This document shows, piece after piece, positions 25,121-39,773 of a DNA stretch of 64,000 nt; position 1 is the stretch's first letter; each line of letters opens with the position of its first letter. The notes below the pieces were generated by a model. That model searched no databases, was not told the DNA's origin, and worked only from the letters and a program-made list of their open reading frames with translations. The position numbers and the translations under genes were made by a program. The stretch is from Haliotis rufescens (Eukaryota), in assembly GCF_023055435.1 (NCBI RefSeq), contig NW_025964383.1, positions 14,136,001 through 14,200,000 of the forward strand. The letters are read 5' to 3'.

Positions 25121-26199
25121 ACAGGCCAGGCCCGAACACTATAAAATGATACCTTCAACATTAGGAGAGGAGAGCGCGGTTTGCTATCGATCGAGTCGAA
25201 TCCCGATCGTTCTAAGTTTCTACCAGTTAGTGACTAGTCTTGCCGGTCTGATCCTGTCCTGCATTGACAGATGGGCTGAGAGTAAGTAAAACTATGTGAG
25301 TATAAAACTGGTGTTGCGTTTCTTTATTATGCGTGTTTGAATGCTGATAGAGACAACTTGGAGTAAGTGTCGTTAGACCAATCACTCCTACACGGAGCCG
25401 AGCCGCGGCGGACAAGGCGATCGAGTGGCGATGTCTGGCGTAATTGACCATATGGACCAGGAACGGCAATACATTTAGTAACTGTATTAGGGTCGCACTG
25501 GACGCCCGAAAGCAGTTACGACACTATTACGAAAGACTGTCTAGAAAGGGATATATATTATGGGTACATTCAAAGTGTTTTGTTAATATGAAATTACAAT
25601 GCTTTTGCATGTACACTTTCAATCGATTTTTGTTGGTGCCTCAACCCAATACTTGTGAAGTAATCTAAGTTAAACAAAGTATTGCTACCTCTATCGCATC
25701 ATTAATATGTATTTAAGTTTTTCTTTCATATATTGTCAAGAACCTGGTGGACCGTATTTTGAACACACAATTGATTGGACCAACAGAAGCCGACAGTATG
25801 AAGACATGAAAACGTTATTGCCAAATATGTGATTGTGACGGATCTCACCGATAGGGCAGGACTCGCACCTTTTTGCGAACACCTTGTAACATCTCTTTAT
25901 CATATGGATTTACATGTATATTTTACTGTCGAAATCATACAATGGATTATTGAAAGGGTTTGCATATTTAAGTTAAAAGGGTATTCATTTTTTTTCGGCG
26001 GCAACTTCTATTAAGATCTTAAAACATTGTTTTCCTGCCTTTAGTGTGTTTCATTGTGATCACTATTCTTGTCATATTCTGGGGCGGTCGGGAAGCCTAG
26101 TGGTTATAACGTTCGCTCGTCACGCCGAAGACTAGGTTTAGATTCCCGACATTTCTGATGCGATAGATACGATTTGCAGAAATGTATACTAATACAACT

Positions 26200-26580
26200 T
26201 TTAAGATCGGATGTACTTTGATAATTACAGAACAAATATTAAGATCTGATGTACATAGATCTATTACAGTACCAATATTAAGATCTGATGTACATAGATA
26301 AATTACAGTACCAATATCAAGATCTGAGTGAGTGAGTGAGTATGGTTCAACGCCGCTTTTAGCAATATTCCAGCAATATCACGGCGGGGGACAGCAGAAA
26401 TGGGCTTCACACATTGTACCCATGTCGGGAATCGAACCCGGGTCTTCGGCGTGACGAGCGAACGCTTTAACCATTAGGCTACCCGACCGTCCCTATTAAG
26501 ATCTGATGTATGCTGATATATTACAGTACCAAACTTATGATCTGATGTACATAGATCTATTACAGTACCAATATGATGAA
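26200..26580. repeat. 39-bp tandem repeat interrupted by a SINE
   Basis: aagatctgatgtacatagatctattacagtaccaatatt. Confidence 0.85.
26325..26494 (-). mobile_element. tRNA-derived SINE, family B, (ctca)n tail
   Basis: Head gggtagcctaatggttaaagcgttcgctcgtcacgccgaagacccgggttcgattccc; inserted in a 39-bp tandem array. Confidence 0.9.
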
Positions 26581-29539
26581 TAAAGATGTATTACAATCCA
26601 AGCAGTACCAAAAGGTGCTCCCACGACCAGGCTCACATAAATACATAACAATATACTGTACAGGTATGGAAAATACCTGACAGTGAACATTTTCATTAAG
26701 TTGTACCTTTTTCAGGATTGCGTTCAGGAAATAAGAAGAATGGCAGATTACCTGGGACGCCCTCTACAGGATCAAACATACCAGGCGATATCCGATTCTT
26801 GCTCTTTTAAGAATTTCAAGCGCGCAAATGAAATAATAAAAGATCAAACCTTCCACTTTCATAGGCAAGGTGGTTCAAGTGGATACTTCAGAAAAGGTAA
26901 CTGGAAAACTGAAACTAAAACCTGATCACAAGACAAGGTACCTGTGTCTAGTTTGCAGTCTCTGTCCGTTTGTAATTATCAAATATTTTAATGTTTGAAA
27001 AACAACATCAAATATTTTATTTGGGATAACAATTTCTTAGAAAAGTACAAATTCTAGTACATTTTCGCGTTGAGTCCCATCCGAGATTTGAACCCACACT
27101 CTCAGAGTTAGGTACCTAATCGCCAGCACACAAAGTCAGCGATCTAACCAACTCAGCAACCGAGGTTTCCGCTAGATATACCGTTTATATAAAACACGTC
27201 AGCACTGCGGTATTTTACAGGAAATGTAGAAATATATAAGCAAGTTAAGTATCAAATATATTCATGAACCAAATAAATATGTTGTGTTACAGGTAGAACT
27301 GGTGACTGGAAGGACTGGTTCACTGTGGCCCAGAACGAGCGATTTGATAAAGTATTGATTATATGTGAAAAGTAAATATTTTTATTTCGAGGCATCCAAC
27401 CAGTGCAAAGGCCAGGGTTTAAGGCTTACTTTATCCGAATGCCGCAGCTTACAAATGAGAAAACACGTGTCACAATGACCCTATTTACGATAACAATGAC
27501 CTGAATTAGTGAATATATTAATCCCGTTCCCATCAGCGCATGCGAGAGCGTGTTTCGGCAACGCCTGATATTCTTATTCGTTATGCCGTCATATAAGGTT
27601 CATCTCTGACACGTTTGTCAGGCCAAGTAAAAAAATAGTTTGGGCTGTTCCATATAGGTGAATCAAACGAGCATAGATTATTAATTATTTATTATTAATA
27701 TTTATTAAGTAACAGTCGTCGGGCAAGCACAGGCGCTTGAACACCAGCTTCATTCCACGGTCTCCTGTGATCATGGACAACGTCAGCTTGACGTTGTTTG
27801 TTTGGTGTTTAGCGCAACAGCAATATTACAGATAGACAGATGGATAAACAACATGCGCATCTGTCCACACAACTGGGATATGATGACATGCATTGTCACT
27901 TCTTTCGTAGTATACATGAGTGAAGGACATTGAACATTTTTTGGTCTTTTTTTTTTGACATTCAACTTGATGACAACATCGCATGGTGTTTTAGTGAATT
28001 TGTCTAGTCATTAACATATGAAACAAATAAAGCATCTGTGCTCGCCTGGCATAGATAAAACAGTCGATACTCACTCAGCCCTTCGAGTTTGCGCAGTTCG
28101 TTGTTGCTGAGGAGTGAAATGTTGTTTAAAACTTGCGACTATCACAGCAACATTCACTAACAATCTTACATGCTTTTCTACGTCAACTTCACGTCACACT
28201 CAATAAACAACGTATCGTACCACTTTTAACCTTAGGTCAGCTGAATTGTTTGATAGGCATTTCTTAAAAGTTGACGGATGACAAATTACAAATTAATTTT
28301 ATGGATAGCAACTTCATTATTTTACTGTAAAGGCGACGATTCGGTATAGATCCTTATACCGTTGTCAAGCAAGGATGAATAATGAGCATGGTACAGAATA
28401 TGTATAGTAGTTGGGGGGTTAACAGAAACGCTAATTGCATTCATCAGAGAGATTAACGTCAGTAGGTCAAACAATGACAACAGAAGGGTGATACTGTAAC
28501 CAGATGATGGACAGAGAACACATGATGAGGAAGCGAAAAAGACTGATAGCGAATGGACAGGATTTAGTGTACATACGTGGGGTGATTGTTGGGTCAGCTA
28601 CAAACATAACAAAACTTGCGTTTTTCATTTTTGCGACGTCATGATATATTCTCCCTTGATGGGAGAACAAATCACATTTCTTTCAAAAACTAATGTTTTT
28701 TCAAACCCTATTGCTCCATTGACGTAGTGTTCCCGTTGAATACAGCGGATGTGAAACACTTATGTTTATTCTAACATTCCCGACCGGAGTGCATGTGGTT
28801 CAAGTTTCATGACACTGAAAAGCTTATTTAAAGGTATAGGGACCCTCTTTACATCCATTATTCATTTTGAGCACTTGCCTCGGAAAGATTGATAGAGGAT
28901 CGTTTCAATTTGGAATATTTACCACGTTTACTTGGTTGTACGGTAAAATGAGTATATCTTATCCTGAACATTATGAAAAGTTTTAATTATTAGTGTAAAA
29001 TTTGTGGACAGTCAAAACTTACGTCATAAAATACAGCTTTAAAACTGTGTGATAATTATTGCAAGGATATTTTGGATCTGTATGGCATCATATACTAGGA
29101 ATGACAATATCATCTGTCATCCGTTCAGATTGTCATTGATATCGGCGACTTCTAAATTACAAACGGAGAGTGTTACTGGAAGGTAGGGAGGCGACAGGGA
29201 GACAGGGTAGCAATATACGATGCCAGCAAAATTGACAAATTGTTGGTGGTGCCTGGATGCAAACAGGGAAAATAGTGTTGGGCATGTACTTGCTGTTCAG
29301 TGACATATTCAGTTGAAGAGGAGACTGCAATGGATTACCTCGGTGGGTGTATTTACCATGGATTGTCTGTGATACATGTGATATGCGATTTATTGCGAAA
29401 AATAGTGATTCGGAAAGGACACTACGAGCTTCACCCTATTGGATCCTACAGATACTGTATATGGTAAGTCTCATTTATAGTAATTTCAATATTTAGCTAT
29501 TTGTACAACTGAATCTGATACATGTTTATTATTATACAA

Positions 29540-29701
29540 GTGAGTGAGTGAGGTTTTACGCCGCTTTTAGCAATGTTCCAGCAATATCACGGCGAAGGAC
29601 ACCAGAAATGGGCTTCACACATTGTACCCATGTCGGGAATCGAACCCGGGTCTTCGGCGTGACGAGCGAACGCTTTAACCACTAGGCTACCCGACCGCCC
29701 C
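29540..29701 (-). mobile_element. SINE family B with 15-bp TSD
   Basis: TSD tttattattatacaa; empty site in the duplicate at ~43201. Confidence 0.92.
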
Positions 29702-30939
29702 TTTATTATTATACAAAGACACTGCAATATGATTTTACGCAATATATTTCCCACAAAAAATGTATTTGTAGTAAATTAATGTGAAAGTAACTAACACCCA
29801 TTTGGGTTCAGTTTTTAATAATTTTTAAATGTTACTAAAATACACTATTTAAGGATTGAATTTGTTTCTATTTCCATTTTGAAATTTGCAGGCAGGTTAA
29901 TCAATCAATTTTTAACGAAATATACTGAATGTTTTGCAAAATATAATGAATTTTACTTTTATCATGGATGTTCTGTTCAGTGTAGTGACATGTTCATAAA
30001 TTAGAGCTCTGGTATGTACAGTCTCGCCAAGGCTTTACTATCTCGCCATGTCTTCTCATGGCATCCAGCTGAGTAGCTCTGTATCTGACAAGGTTATTTA
30101 CCCTGTCAACATCCCTATTGATGTATGATTTATTAACGCCCTACTACCACTCACTTCACCTCGGCCTGGGTTCTTTGCTAGCCGTGTCAGCCCAGGCTAA
30201 TGTGCAGTGTCATGGTCATGTCAACATTCACTGACAGTAGGCTGATTCCGTCTCTCGTAAGTACGAATTGCCCTCAATATGTTTTTGGTTTATGGATCTA
30301 TTAACGTAAACACTGGTGTAGAAAACTGTATTTTATAATTTTCCTTCTCACTAACACTGTCGCTTTACTAAATAACTGTGCTACGTTAATCAATACGTTA
30401 TTGTATGAAAGAAAATAATTAATGTATGGATAAATATTGTTTCACAATTATCTTGCCATTATGTTAATTTAACTACTGCCTGTGGTCTTTATCCATTAAC
30501 ATACAATCATTATCATATCATTTATCTATACGATTATACCGCCGTCATAAGGCTGGAAAATTGCTGAGTGCGGCAATTAACAAGAAACAACCAATCAAAT
30601 ATATAATTATACCCTACCTTTCCATATCTGTTCAAAGTACAATAAGTATTGAGTACGAGAGATACTGCAATGTAGACACAGGAAGATATAGTTGCCTATT
30701 CATATTTATGAAGGCACATGGCGTACATACCTGCTTCTGAATAATGTGATTGTGACCAACGGATGAGGTATGGCGACTGCAGCATATTTTAGATGATACA
30801 CATTGAAACGAGCATTGAACTATCGCTGATCTGACGCCGCGATATGTAAGTAAAATGTGACGTTGATTAGTTGTGGGATAGTCTTTTAAGGACGCACAGT
30901 GTTGCTATTTGAGTAATACAATGTAGTTTCAGCTAGTGT

Positions 30940-31400
30940 AAGGGTGAAGCAACCAGTTTTCCTTCCACTGATTTCTCCCACCTGAGGCTACCAGTTACAC
31001 GGCTTCATCTCTTTCACATTTAGCTATATGCACGAGGATTCAGAATGAAAAGAAAAACTATCCACAAGAATGTATGACAAGAGGGATGACTTCAACTTTC
31101 AAATAGTTTACTTTATATCGAGCGATATTCCAGCAACTCCAGTCTTTGGTGTCTATATTTCACAACGATTGAGGTAAAATCGACTCTTTCTCTAAACACG
31201 TTTTATGGTAGACATGTGGACATTGCCATAACAATACACAATTCCCTATTTTGACTTGTACCATATTATCATACACATTTTAATGTGATCATCGGACTTA
31301 CCTTTAGATGTGTCTGTGACAGGTACCATCTGTCAGGCAGGATGCGCTCACCTTTTTTTGGAAGACCTGGTTACATCACTATTTGATAGTGATTCACAAA
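30940..31400 (+). mobile_element. Penelope-like RT C-terminal fragment (copies ~32980-33480 and ~44040-44320)
   Basis: STRMYDKRDDFNFQIV..DIPATPxFGVYISQR resembles the PLE motif YDKRDDFNFxIVNFP..PAYGVYISQ. Confidence 0.75.
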
Positions 31401-31494
31401 GACATGTTTATGACATAAACGGAATTATACATTGGACTCTGCTTTTAGAAGAGATTTCTTATGTTAAAAAGGACGGCTTTTTGTCGTTTTCACT

Positions 31495-32020
31495 TGTTGA
31501 CCGACCTAGGGTCAGGACACATCGAGTCTGCTAGCCTGACAGTACTGGTCATCAAGGAGTATAACGTCATGTTGTTGACCTACCTAGGGGCAGTACACAT
31601 CGAGTCTGCTAGCCTGACACTAATGGTCATCATGGAGTATAACGTAATGTTGTTGACCTACCTAGGTACAGTACACATCGAGTCTGCTAGCCTGACAGTA
31701 CTGGTCATCAAGGAGTATAACGTCATGTTGTTGACCTACCTAGGGTCAGTACACATCGAGTCTGCAAGCCTGACAGTACTGGTCATCAAGGAGTATAACG
31801 TCACGTTGTTGACGTACCTAGGGGCAGTACACATCGAGTCTGCTAGCCTGACACTAATGGTCATCATGGAGTATAACGTCATGTTGTTTACCTACCTAGG
31901 GTCAGTACACATCGAGTCTGCTAGCCTGACAGTACTGGTCATCAAGGAGTATAACGTAATGTTGTTGACCTACCTAGGGGCAGGACACATCGAGTCTGCT
32001 AGCCTGACAGTATTGGTCAA
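31495..32020. repeat. 78-bp minisatellite (~6.5 copies)
   Basis: gggcagtacacatcgagtctgctagcctgacagtactggtc...; the ORF track shows a 26-aa period. Confidence 0.95.
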
Positions 32021-33584
32021 ACAAGGACATGACCATAAATTAGAGCTCTGGTATGTACAGTCTCGCCAAGGCTTTACTATCTCGCCATGTCTTCTCATGG
32101 CATCCAGCTGAGTAGCTCTGTATCTGACAAGGCTATTTACCCTGTCAACATCCCTATTGATGTATGATTTATTAATGCCCTACTACCACTCACTTCACCT
32201 CGGCCTGGGTTCTTTGCTAGCCGTGTCAGCCCAGGCTAATGTGCAGTGTCATGGTCATGTCAACATTCAGTGAAAGTAGGCTGATTCCGTCTCTCGTAAG
32301 TACGAATTGCCCTCAATTTGTTTTTGGTTTATGGATCTATTAACGTAAACACTGGTGTGGAAAACTGTATTTTATAATTTTCTTCTCACTAACAATGTCG
32401 CTTTACTAAATAACTGTTCTAGGTTGATCAATACGTAATTGTATGAAAGAAAATAATTAATGTATGGATAAATATTGTTTCACAATTATCTTGCCATTAT
32501 GTTAATTTAACTACTGCCTGAGGTCTTTATCCATTAACATACAATCATTATCATATCATTTATCTATACGATTATACCGCCGTCATAAGGCTGGAAAATT
32601 GCTGAGTGCGGCAATTAACAAGAAACAACCAATCAAATATATGATTTTTCCCTACCTTTCCATATCTGTTCAAAGTACAATAAGTATTGAGTACGAGAGA
32701 TACTGCAATGTAGACACAGGAAGATATATTTGCCTATTCATATTTACGAAGACCCATGGTGTACTTGCTTCTGAATAATGTGATTGTGACAAACGGATGA
32801 GGTATGGCAACAGCAGCATATTTTAGATGATACACATTGAAACGAGCATTGAACTATCGCTGATCTGACGCCGCGATATGTAAGTAAAATGTGACGTTGA
32901 TTAGTTGTGGGATAGCCTATTAAGGACGCATGGTGTTGTTATTTGAGTAATACAATGTAGTTTCAGCTAGTGTAAGGGTGAAGCAACCAGTTTTCCTTCC
33001 ACTGATTTCTCCCACCTGAAGCTACCAGTTACACGGCTTCATCTGTTTCACATTTAGCTCTATGCACGAGGATCCAGAATGAAAAAAAACAACTATCCAC
33101 AAGAATGTATGACAAGAGGGATGACTTCAACTTTCAAATAGTTAACTTTATATCGATCGATATTCCAGCAACTCCAGCCTTGGGTGTCTATATTTCACAA
33201 CGATTGAGGTAAAATCGAGCATGCCCTTTCTACGAAGATTTCAAACAGCGGCATACGACTCTTTCTCTGAACACGTTTTATGGTAGATGTGTGGACATTA
33301 CCAAATTTAACTCGTCAGGCAGAATACACAATTCACTATTTTGACTTGTACCATATTATCATACTCATGTTTATGTGATCATCGGACTTACCTTTGCATG
33401 TGTCTGTGTCAGGTACCATCTGTCAAGCAGGATGCGCTCACCTTTTTTTGGAAGACCTGCTAACATCACTATTTGATAGTGATTCACAAAGACATGTTTA
33501 TGACATAAACGGAATTATACATTGGACTCTGCTTTTAGAAGGGATTTCTTATGTTAAAAAGGACGGTTTTAAGTCGTTTTCAGT

Positions 33585-34170
33585 TGTTGACCAACCTAGG
33601 GGCAGTACACATCGAGTCTGCTAGCCGGACAGTACTGGTCACCAAGGAGTATAACGTAATGTTGTTGACCTACCTATAGGGGCAGTACACATCGAGTCTG
33701 CTAGCCGGACAGTACTGGTCACCAAGGAGTATAAAGTAATGTTGTTGACCTACCTATAGGGGCAGTACACATCGAGTCTGCTAGCCGGACAGTACTGGTC
33801 ATCAAGGAGTATAAAGTAATGTTGTTGACCTACCTATAGGGGCAGTACACATCGAGTCTGCTAGCCGGACAGTACTGGTCACAAAGGAGTATAACGTAAT
33901 GTTGTTGACCTACCTATAGGGGCAGTACACATCGAGTCTGCTAGCCGGACAGTACTGGTCACCAAGGAGTATAAAGTAATGTTGTTGACCTACCTATAGG
34001 GGCAGTACACATCGAGTCTGCTAGCCGGACAGTACTGGTCATCAAGGAGTATAAAGTAATGTTGTTGACCTACCTATAGGGGCAGTACACATCGAGTCTG
34101 CTAGCCGGACAGTACTGGTCACCAAGGAGTATAACGTAATGTTGTTGACCTACCTAGGGTCAGTACACAT
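33585..34170. repeat. 80-bp variant of the same minisatellite (~7 copies)
   Basis: ggcagtacac at 33601, 33681, 33761 and onward. Confidence 0.95.
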
Positions 34171-34687
34171 CTAATAGTATTCACTAGTCTAACAGTGATT
34201 GCGGTAGTATATAGTGTGGAGTAGGCACCGGTGGCGAACAGAAGATAGCACACCCCAGTGTTATTGACACGCGTCTCAGTGGTTCAGAGCAGTGTACAGG
34301 AACAAGTACAAATAGCATGTTTGTCACTTGTCCAGCAGTAATTATTGAACCTCTAGTGTTACTGACTAGCCCAGCAGTGATACGTAGACTTTGTAGTGAT
34401 GCACATTAGTTCAGAGTGAGTAGTACACGTCTAGTAGTGGCCAGCCTAGTAGTGAAACACAGTAGTATACTGTAAGTACTACACATCTAGTGTTATTGAC
34501 TAGCCTGATAGTGATGCACATGTTATAGAGTAAGTAGTACACATCTAGTGCTATTGGCCAATGAAAAAGGACCAACTTAATTTCAATCTTCAATGAGTTT
34601 GTTCATTTGTGGCATAACTTTTAGACTTAAAATTGGATCATGTTAGAAATGTATTTCTGTTAATTTAATATGTTATAACTAGTTAAG

Positions 34688-37600
34688 ATGTCGACTCCAG
34701 CGGAGAAGGCAATGGCGACAGGGATCAATGTGGACCTGGTCATGATTGATGGATTTGTGCAGTCAGCTATGATAATGGACAACTTGAAGAGGTTAAAGGA
34801 TCTCCCCATCCGTGGCGATGATATTTACCTTTGCACGTACCCAAAGTCAGGTAATATCCTGAAGGAAATGGTTAATTATAACATCATGTACCTTCAACAA
34901 AAAAGACAAACCCACAAAACCACATAAAAATCAACAACACTGATAAATGATTAAAAGGTCAAAACACCTCCATTGCAATTGGGCTTTGCTCTCACATAGG
35001 AAACAAACACAAATGTGTCTCCTATTTCACATAGGCGTCACAATTGATTGAAAATTATGAAGTCTTAAAAATCCGTTCCAAAATAGTTCTGATTAATACA
35101 AAACCATGTCAATTCACTGAATGAGAAACAGGAACTGAAGATTGATGTATTAATAATAGTCAATATAAACACGAACGATTATTGAGAATACTTCTGTTTT
35201 TTTTATGATATCCTTCATTTACATAGAAATAGGTATGCTTGTCACACCATAGACAGACTATGTCTTGATTTTATTTTTCAATAAATATGTGGAATCACTT
35301 ACATACACATTTTAGAGGATGTGCCTGATGAGGTGTATAGATATGTCTGAAATAACGAATTTCCTGTGACCATCTCTCAAGGCACTCACTGGACGTGGGA
35401 GATCCTCAACATGATTGTGACAGGCAAGGCCGAGTACGCCAAACATTGGCAGAATTCTGCCTGGCTCGAATACAGAACCAAGGAAGAACTGGAGGAACTG
35501 GCATCACCAAGGATATTCCACACTCATCTGCGTCCAAGGTAGGGCATAATATATGATACAAAATTAAATGCAATTCAGCGAATTTTTTATCATAACAAAA
35601 AGAATCATATTCCAAACAATAATCATAAAACGAACATGAAATAGTGTTTGAAATACGGCGAAATATTGTATAAACCTGGAAAAAGGTAACAACCCCTAGA
35701 CACGTTTTCTATGTCCATTTAAACAAGTGCTTGAATGAAGTTACTGACAAAATCAGTGATGACACCAGATGTTCATGAAGAGGTTTAGCATGTCCTGCCT
35801 TGCCATGACCCGCCACTCACAAATTGCAAAAAATGTCACACACCGGTACTCCTGCAATGCGACAATCAAGGTGATCAATGAACCAGAAAATCCAGCGACA
35901 CAATACCGTATTCCCTGCTTTTGTTGAAACAAAATACTATGCATACACTATGACCTTTATGAACTATATGTATATTTTGAATTACGACTGCTGTGTAAAA
36001 GTGCAGAGATTCAAGTAAGAACAACCCTTTGACAACACATGAGGTTAGATTTTATTTACGATATTGTAACCCACAACTCTTTCAGGTATGGTGCTGCAGA
36101 GGTCATACAACTATTTCTGTTGGCTATTTCTAGATAAAAGTGTCACTTAGAGTTCCTAAATGACACCCATAGTTCAAACAGTCAGTTGTGAGAAAGCCCT
36201 TCACGTCTCTTCCCATCGGATCTTCTAAAGGGGCAACTGCAGTCACCCTCGATGTAAAGATCCCGAGGATGTCACAAATGTGTTCTAGCAGATTAAGATG
36301 GCGGGACAAGGCAGAGTCGTAACAGCGTTGTTCTGGCTTTCGACTGTCACCACGCGGGAGCGATAGGGTCTGGCGTTATCATCCATGAACTGAGTACTTG
36401 TCACAGGTGTGTGGTGGTCGAAATGGGGAACAACAATTTGTTTCCTGGTATCTCAGATCCAGGTCCAGTACAAATCAATACCGAGCTTCCCCCAATAAGG
36501 GACAGTTGACCTGATGTTCCTGAATGTATATGTCGTTTTTCTTTGCCTCCAATTTGAAAACCTTCAGTCGTCCAGGCGAAACATGGAGCAGGAACTTGCT
36601 TTCGTCCGACCAATGGGCCTTCTACTAGATTCCCAGATTCCATTGGGCTAAACACCATGCCAAACGGAACCTTTGATAGTGATCTCTGCCTGTAGGGCAA
36701 CTGATTGCTCTTTTGGACGTCATTCTTGCTACTCTCAGGAGGTTCCCCAAGGTCCTGTGGGAAGTCATTGTTGCTTCAGAACATGACTCGTTGCAAAAAA
36801 CTGAATAAAGTAGGACCCTGTCGTAACGCTGGTACATCATAGGAGGTCGACCTGACTGTGGAAGTCTGTGGATGTCTTCTCACCATTTGGCTGATTACTG
36901 TGTAGTGGTAGTCCACGTGGCGCCCGATAGCTTTGAAGGACAACCTGTGGAATGTATTCTGATTATTTGACATCTTTCTTTGTGTCATATTCCCAGGAAA
37001 TGATAAAACATTGCAAGACATCGTATTTAGATACCCAAAAGTTGATGCCTGAACATATTGCAATTTGGAGTTTGCATGAAATGCATGCTGCACGTGCATA
37101 CACTGATTAGTTTGTCGTCACATTACACCATTAAGGGTCGCATTCGTACGGATGGGACACCAGTCTTGTCATAATCATAATTTTCATTACATTTAAAATT
37201 AATTGTGACATGTTATATTTTCCCAGGTGTATATGTTAATATCTACCATGTATGTATTTTTATTTATTTTACGGTTGGTTAACAATAGTTGCATCTCCAA
37301 TTGAATACTGTAACCACGCAAACCATGACTTCAGCCAACTACCAGATGCAGTTTGGAACCAAAGATGCAAGGTGGTGTACGTCAGGAGGAATGCAAAGGA
37401 TTGCGTGGTGTCGTTCTTCAGTCATTTCAGCAAACAGATCTGGAAGGACAGCACTTTAGGGAAACATATCTACACCGGCTCCTGGGATGACTTTATAGAT
37501 CTTTTTCTCAATGGATGGTGTAAGTGTTTACCTTAAAGGGCGTGCCATTTATTGTTCATAAAGTATAAAAGTCTACCAAGAAAAGGTGGCATGTTAAATG

Positions 37601-39773
37601 TACAGTTAAATTGCTTTGTTTAAACCGAATTACCATGTCTTCTTATCTACATCTAGCTAGATTGTTGGCGTCTCGAAATATTTCTGTATATCAAGATACA
37701 TAGCCCGCTAATCACTGACAGTTCTGGTTGACCATGTTGAGAGAATTTGCACACGTTGTCTTCACATTGCGCCATCACCTTCAACAACAAGATCACCACA
37801 ACATACGTATGTTTAACAGTATTTACACCACTGCCATAATACATAAACGAGTTTCTGTTGATATGTTCAAGTACCCGGTGGACCGTATTTCGAACACACA
37901 TTTGAGTGGACCAACCTTTCTGAAGCTCACAAAGACAGTGAAATTTGCAGACTGCAGTATGAAGACATGAAAAAGGTATTGCCAAATTGACGATTCTTGA
38001 GAAACTAATATTCCTACAATTCCTAAATGTATCCCATTTAATAGATATGGTAATAAAAAAGGCGATTTGAATCAGGTTGTCGCCATTCAAAATATATATA
38101 CATACTTCAGCTCAAAATAAAAGTATGATTCCAAATCAATGTGAAGGATTGTGATAAGGGGTGTGGCCACGCTCGTTACAATCTGGAAGCACGGGGAGTA
38201 TATATTGATGCTAAGAGATGCATCAAACACTTCCAGAATATGCTTTCTTTGTGTTGCGCTATCATTGCGTTATTGGGCATTGTTATACCTCTATTAAGAA
38301 TCTTGCATTTACATTGGTGAATCCGTACAATGTGACGAAACGATACATTTCAATGAAGACCCCGATACCATGTGACTGACACAAGATGGCGTCTGGTACT
38401 GTACGCAGCTACGTTACTGTAATGAAACAAAGAAAGTGAATTTCGGTATAACAAAACGCATGATTACTCTTGACAAAATAAAAAAAAAATTTAACAAGGA
38501 CCCTCGGACCCGACCCCTTCGGCGGTCTGACCGGAGCACATTAGGTCGGGCCCTCGGGTCCTTGTTTTCGGATATTGACCTCCTCAAGAGTAATTATTTG
38601 TATACTATTTTGCAGCTCCAACCTTTACCTCCACAAGTAAATGCCTAATGGTTAATCTTATGAATTTAGAAAATATGCATAATATTATTTCACCAGCATC
38701 TTTTCTAAAACATTTACGTATCAAAATTAAGACTTAACCAGTATGATCACGGTCACGTAACAAATCAATTCTTGAATTCTGATTTGTAATGTGTAAACAT
38801 ATATATGTTATTCATATTTGTATTAGATTGTATTTCCTAGGCATATTATGCTTATGGTTTCAAGATGCTGAAGATTCGACTTCTCCGAATTGCACAATCG
38901 GAAGTTAATATCACATATACACAGAAAGCACGCCTTAATTAGTTCGACAGAAAACACTCATAGGTAGACAATGCCTTCGCTTTATATGAAATTACGAACT
39001 CCCAGTGTTCAAACAGAACACGGTACACGAGGTTTCATGTACATGAAATTAGTAGATCGTACATGCATATATAACAATATACAACATCACGATCTGATGT
39101 ACTTAGATATATTACAGTATCAAAAATAATATCTGATATACACAGATAACTTTAAACATACTGTAGATACGCGCTCCCCCCAAAAACTGCATACGTAGAT
39201 ACATAACAAAATTAAAATTAAAAATATTAAGATATGGACATTCAGTACTTGACATTTACCTTCCTAATGAAATTGCACCTTGTTAAGGATTGCGTTAACG
39301 AAGTAAGAAGAATGGCAGAATACCTGGGACGCCCTCTCTCGGATCACACATACCAGGCAATATCCGATGCTTGCTCTTTCAAAAATCTCAAGCACGCTAA
39401 CGAGAAAATTAAAGATCAAACCTACCACGTTCACTGGCAAGATGGTTCCAGTGGGTACTTCAGAAAAGGTAATTGGACCAGATCACTTAGGCTAGGTACC
39501 TGTCTCTAGCTTGCAGTCTCTACCTGTTTGATATTGTCTCAGATGTTTAGATGTTTAAAGACATATCGCTGACATCAGTCAAGTCAACACTGCGATATTT
39601 TATAGGATATGAAGAAATATACACGTTTGATTATCAAATATATTCATGAAACTACATAACTATGATGTGTTACAGGTACAACTGGTGACTGGAAGAACTG
39701 GTTCACTGTGGCCCAGAGCGAGCGTTTTGATAAAGTATATGAAGAAAGGTTAAAGGAAACATTTCCATATTGA
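34688..39773 (+). CDS. Cytosolic sulfotransferase (SULT1/ST-like), paralog B, 6 exons, 295 aa
   Basis: Exons 34688-34850, 35382-35538, 37335-37519, 37872-37975, 39288-39468 and 39676-39773 total 888 nt, in frame. Motifs: TYPKSGTHW (5'-PSB), PRIFHTHL (catalytic His), [11 protein letters not shown] (3'-PB), [29 protein letters not shown] at ~40016. Confidence 0.95.
36130..37140 (-). mobile_element. Degenerate Tc1-family transposon in SULT B intron 2
   Basis: Minus-strand [29 protein letters not shown] and an EHIxDILG remnant. Confidence 0.8.
38493..38566. repeat. Imperfect hairpin in SULT intron 4 (copy at ~51130-51205)
   Basis: aacaaggaccctcggacccgacc...ggtcgggccctcgggtccttgtt. Confidence 0.8.

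Larger units (their letters stand above)
25741..27375 (+). pseudogene. Sulfotransferase fragment (paralog A): exons 4-6 only
   Basis: Exon 4 remnant 25741-25814 ([20 protein letters not shown]) has an internal deletion and an altered donor. Exon 5 is 26716-26896 (DCVQEIRRMADYLGRPL..YFRKG). Exon 6 is 27293-27375 (GDWKDWFTVAQNERFDKV, then diverges from B/C). No exons 1-3 were found upstream. Confidence 0.8.
29995..34170 (+). repeat. Nested ~2.04-kb direct duplication upstream of SULT B
   Basis: ttagagctctggtatgtacag at 30001 recurs at 32040; both copies end in the 78/80-bp minisatellite. Confidence 0.9.

Noticed and set aside
25150-25470. Candidate first exon of the DUF885 gene (donor-like gaag|gtatca at ~25152)
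   Set aside because: No signal-peptide-like frame could be joined convincingly
26420-26494. tRNA-Asp-like sequence (GTC) and similar heads at 26080, 29630 and 9390
   Set aside because: These are heads of SINEs with body, tail and TSD, not full cloverleafs
31461-32111. 216-aa repetitive hydrophobic ORF
   Set aside because: It is a by-product of a 78-bp minisatellite, and the sister block has 80-bp units that break the frame
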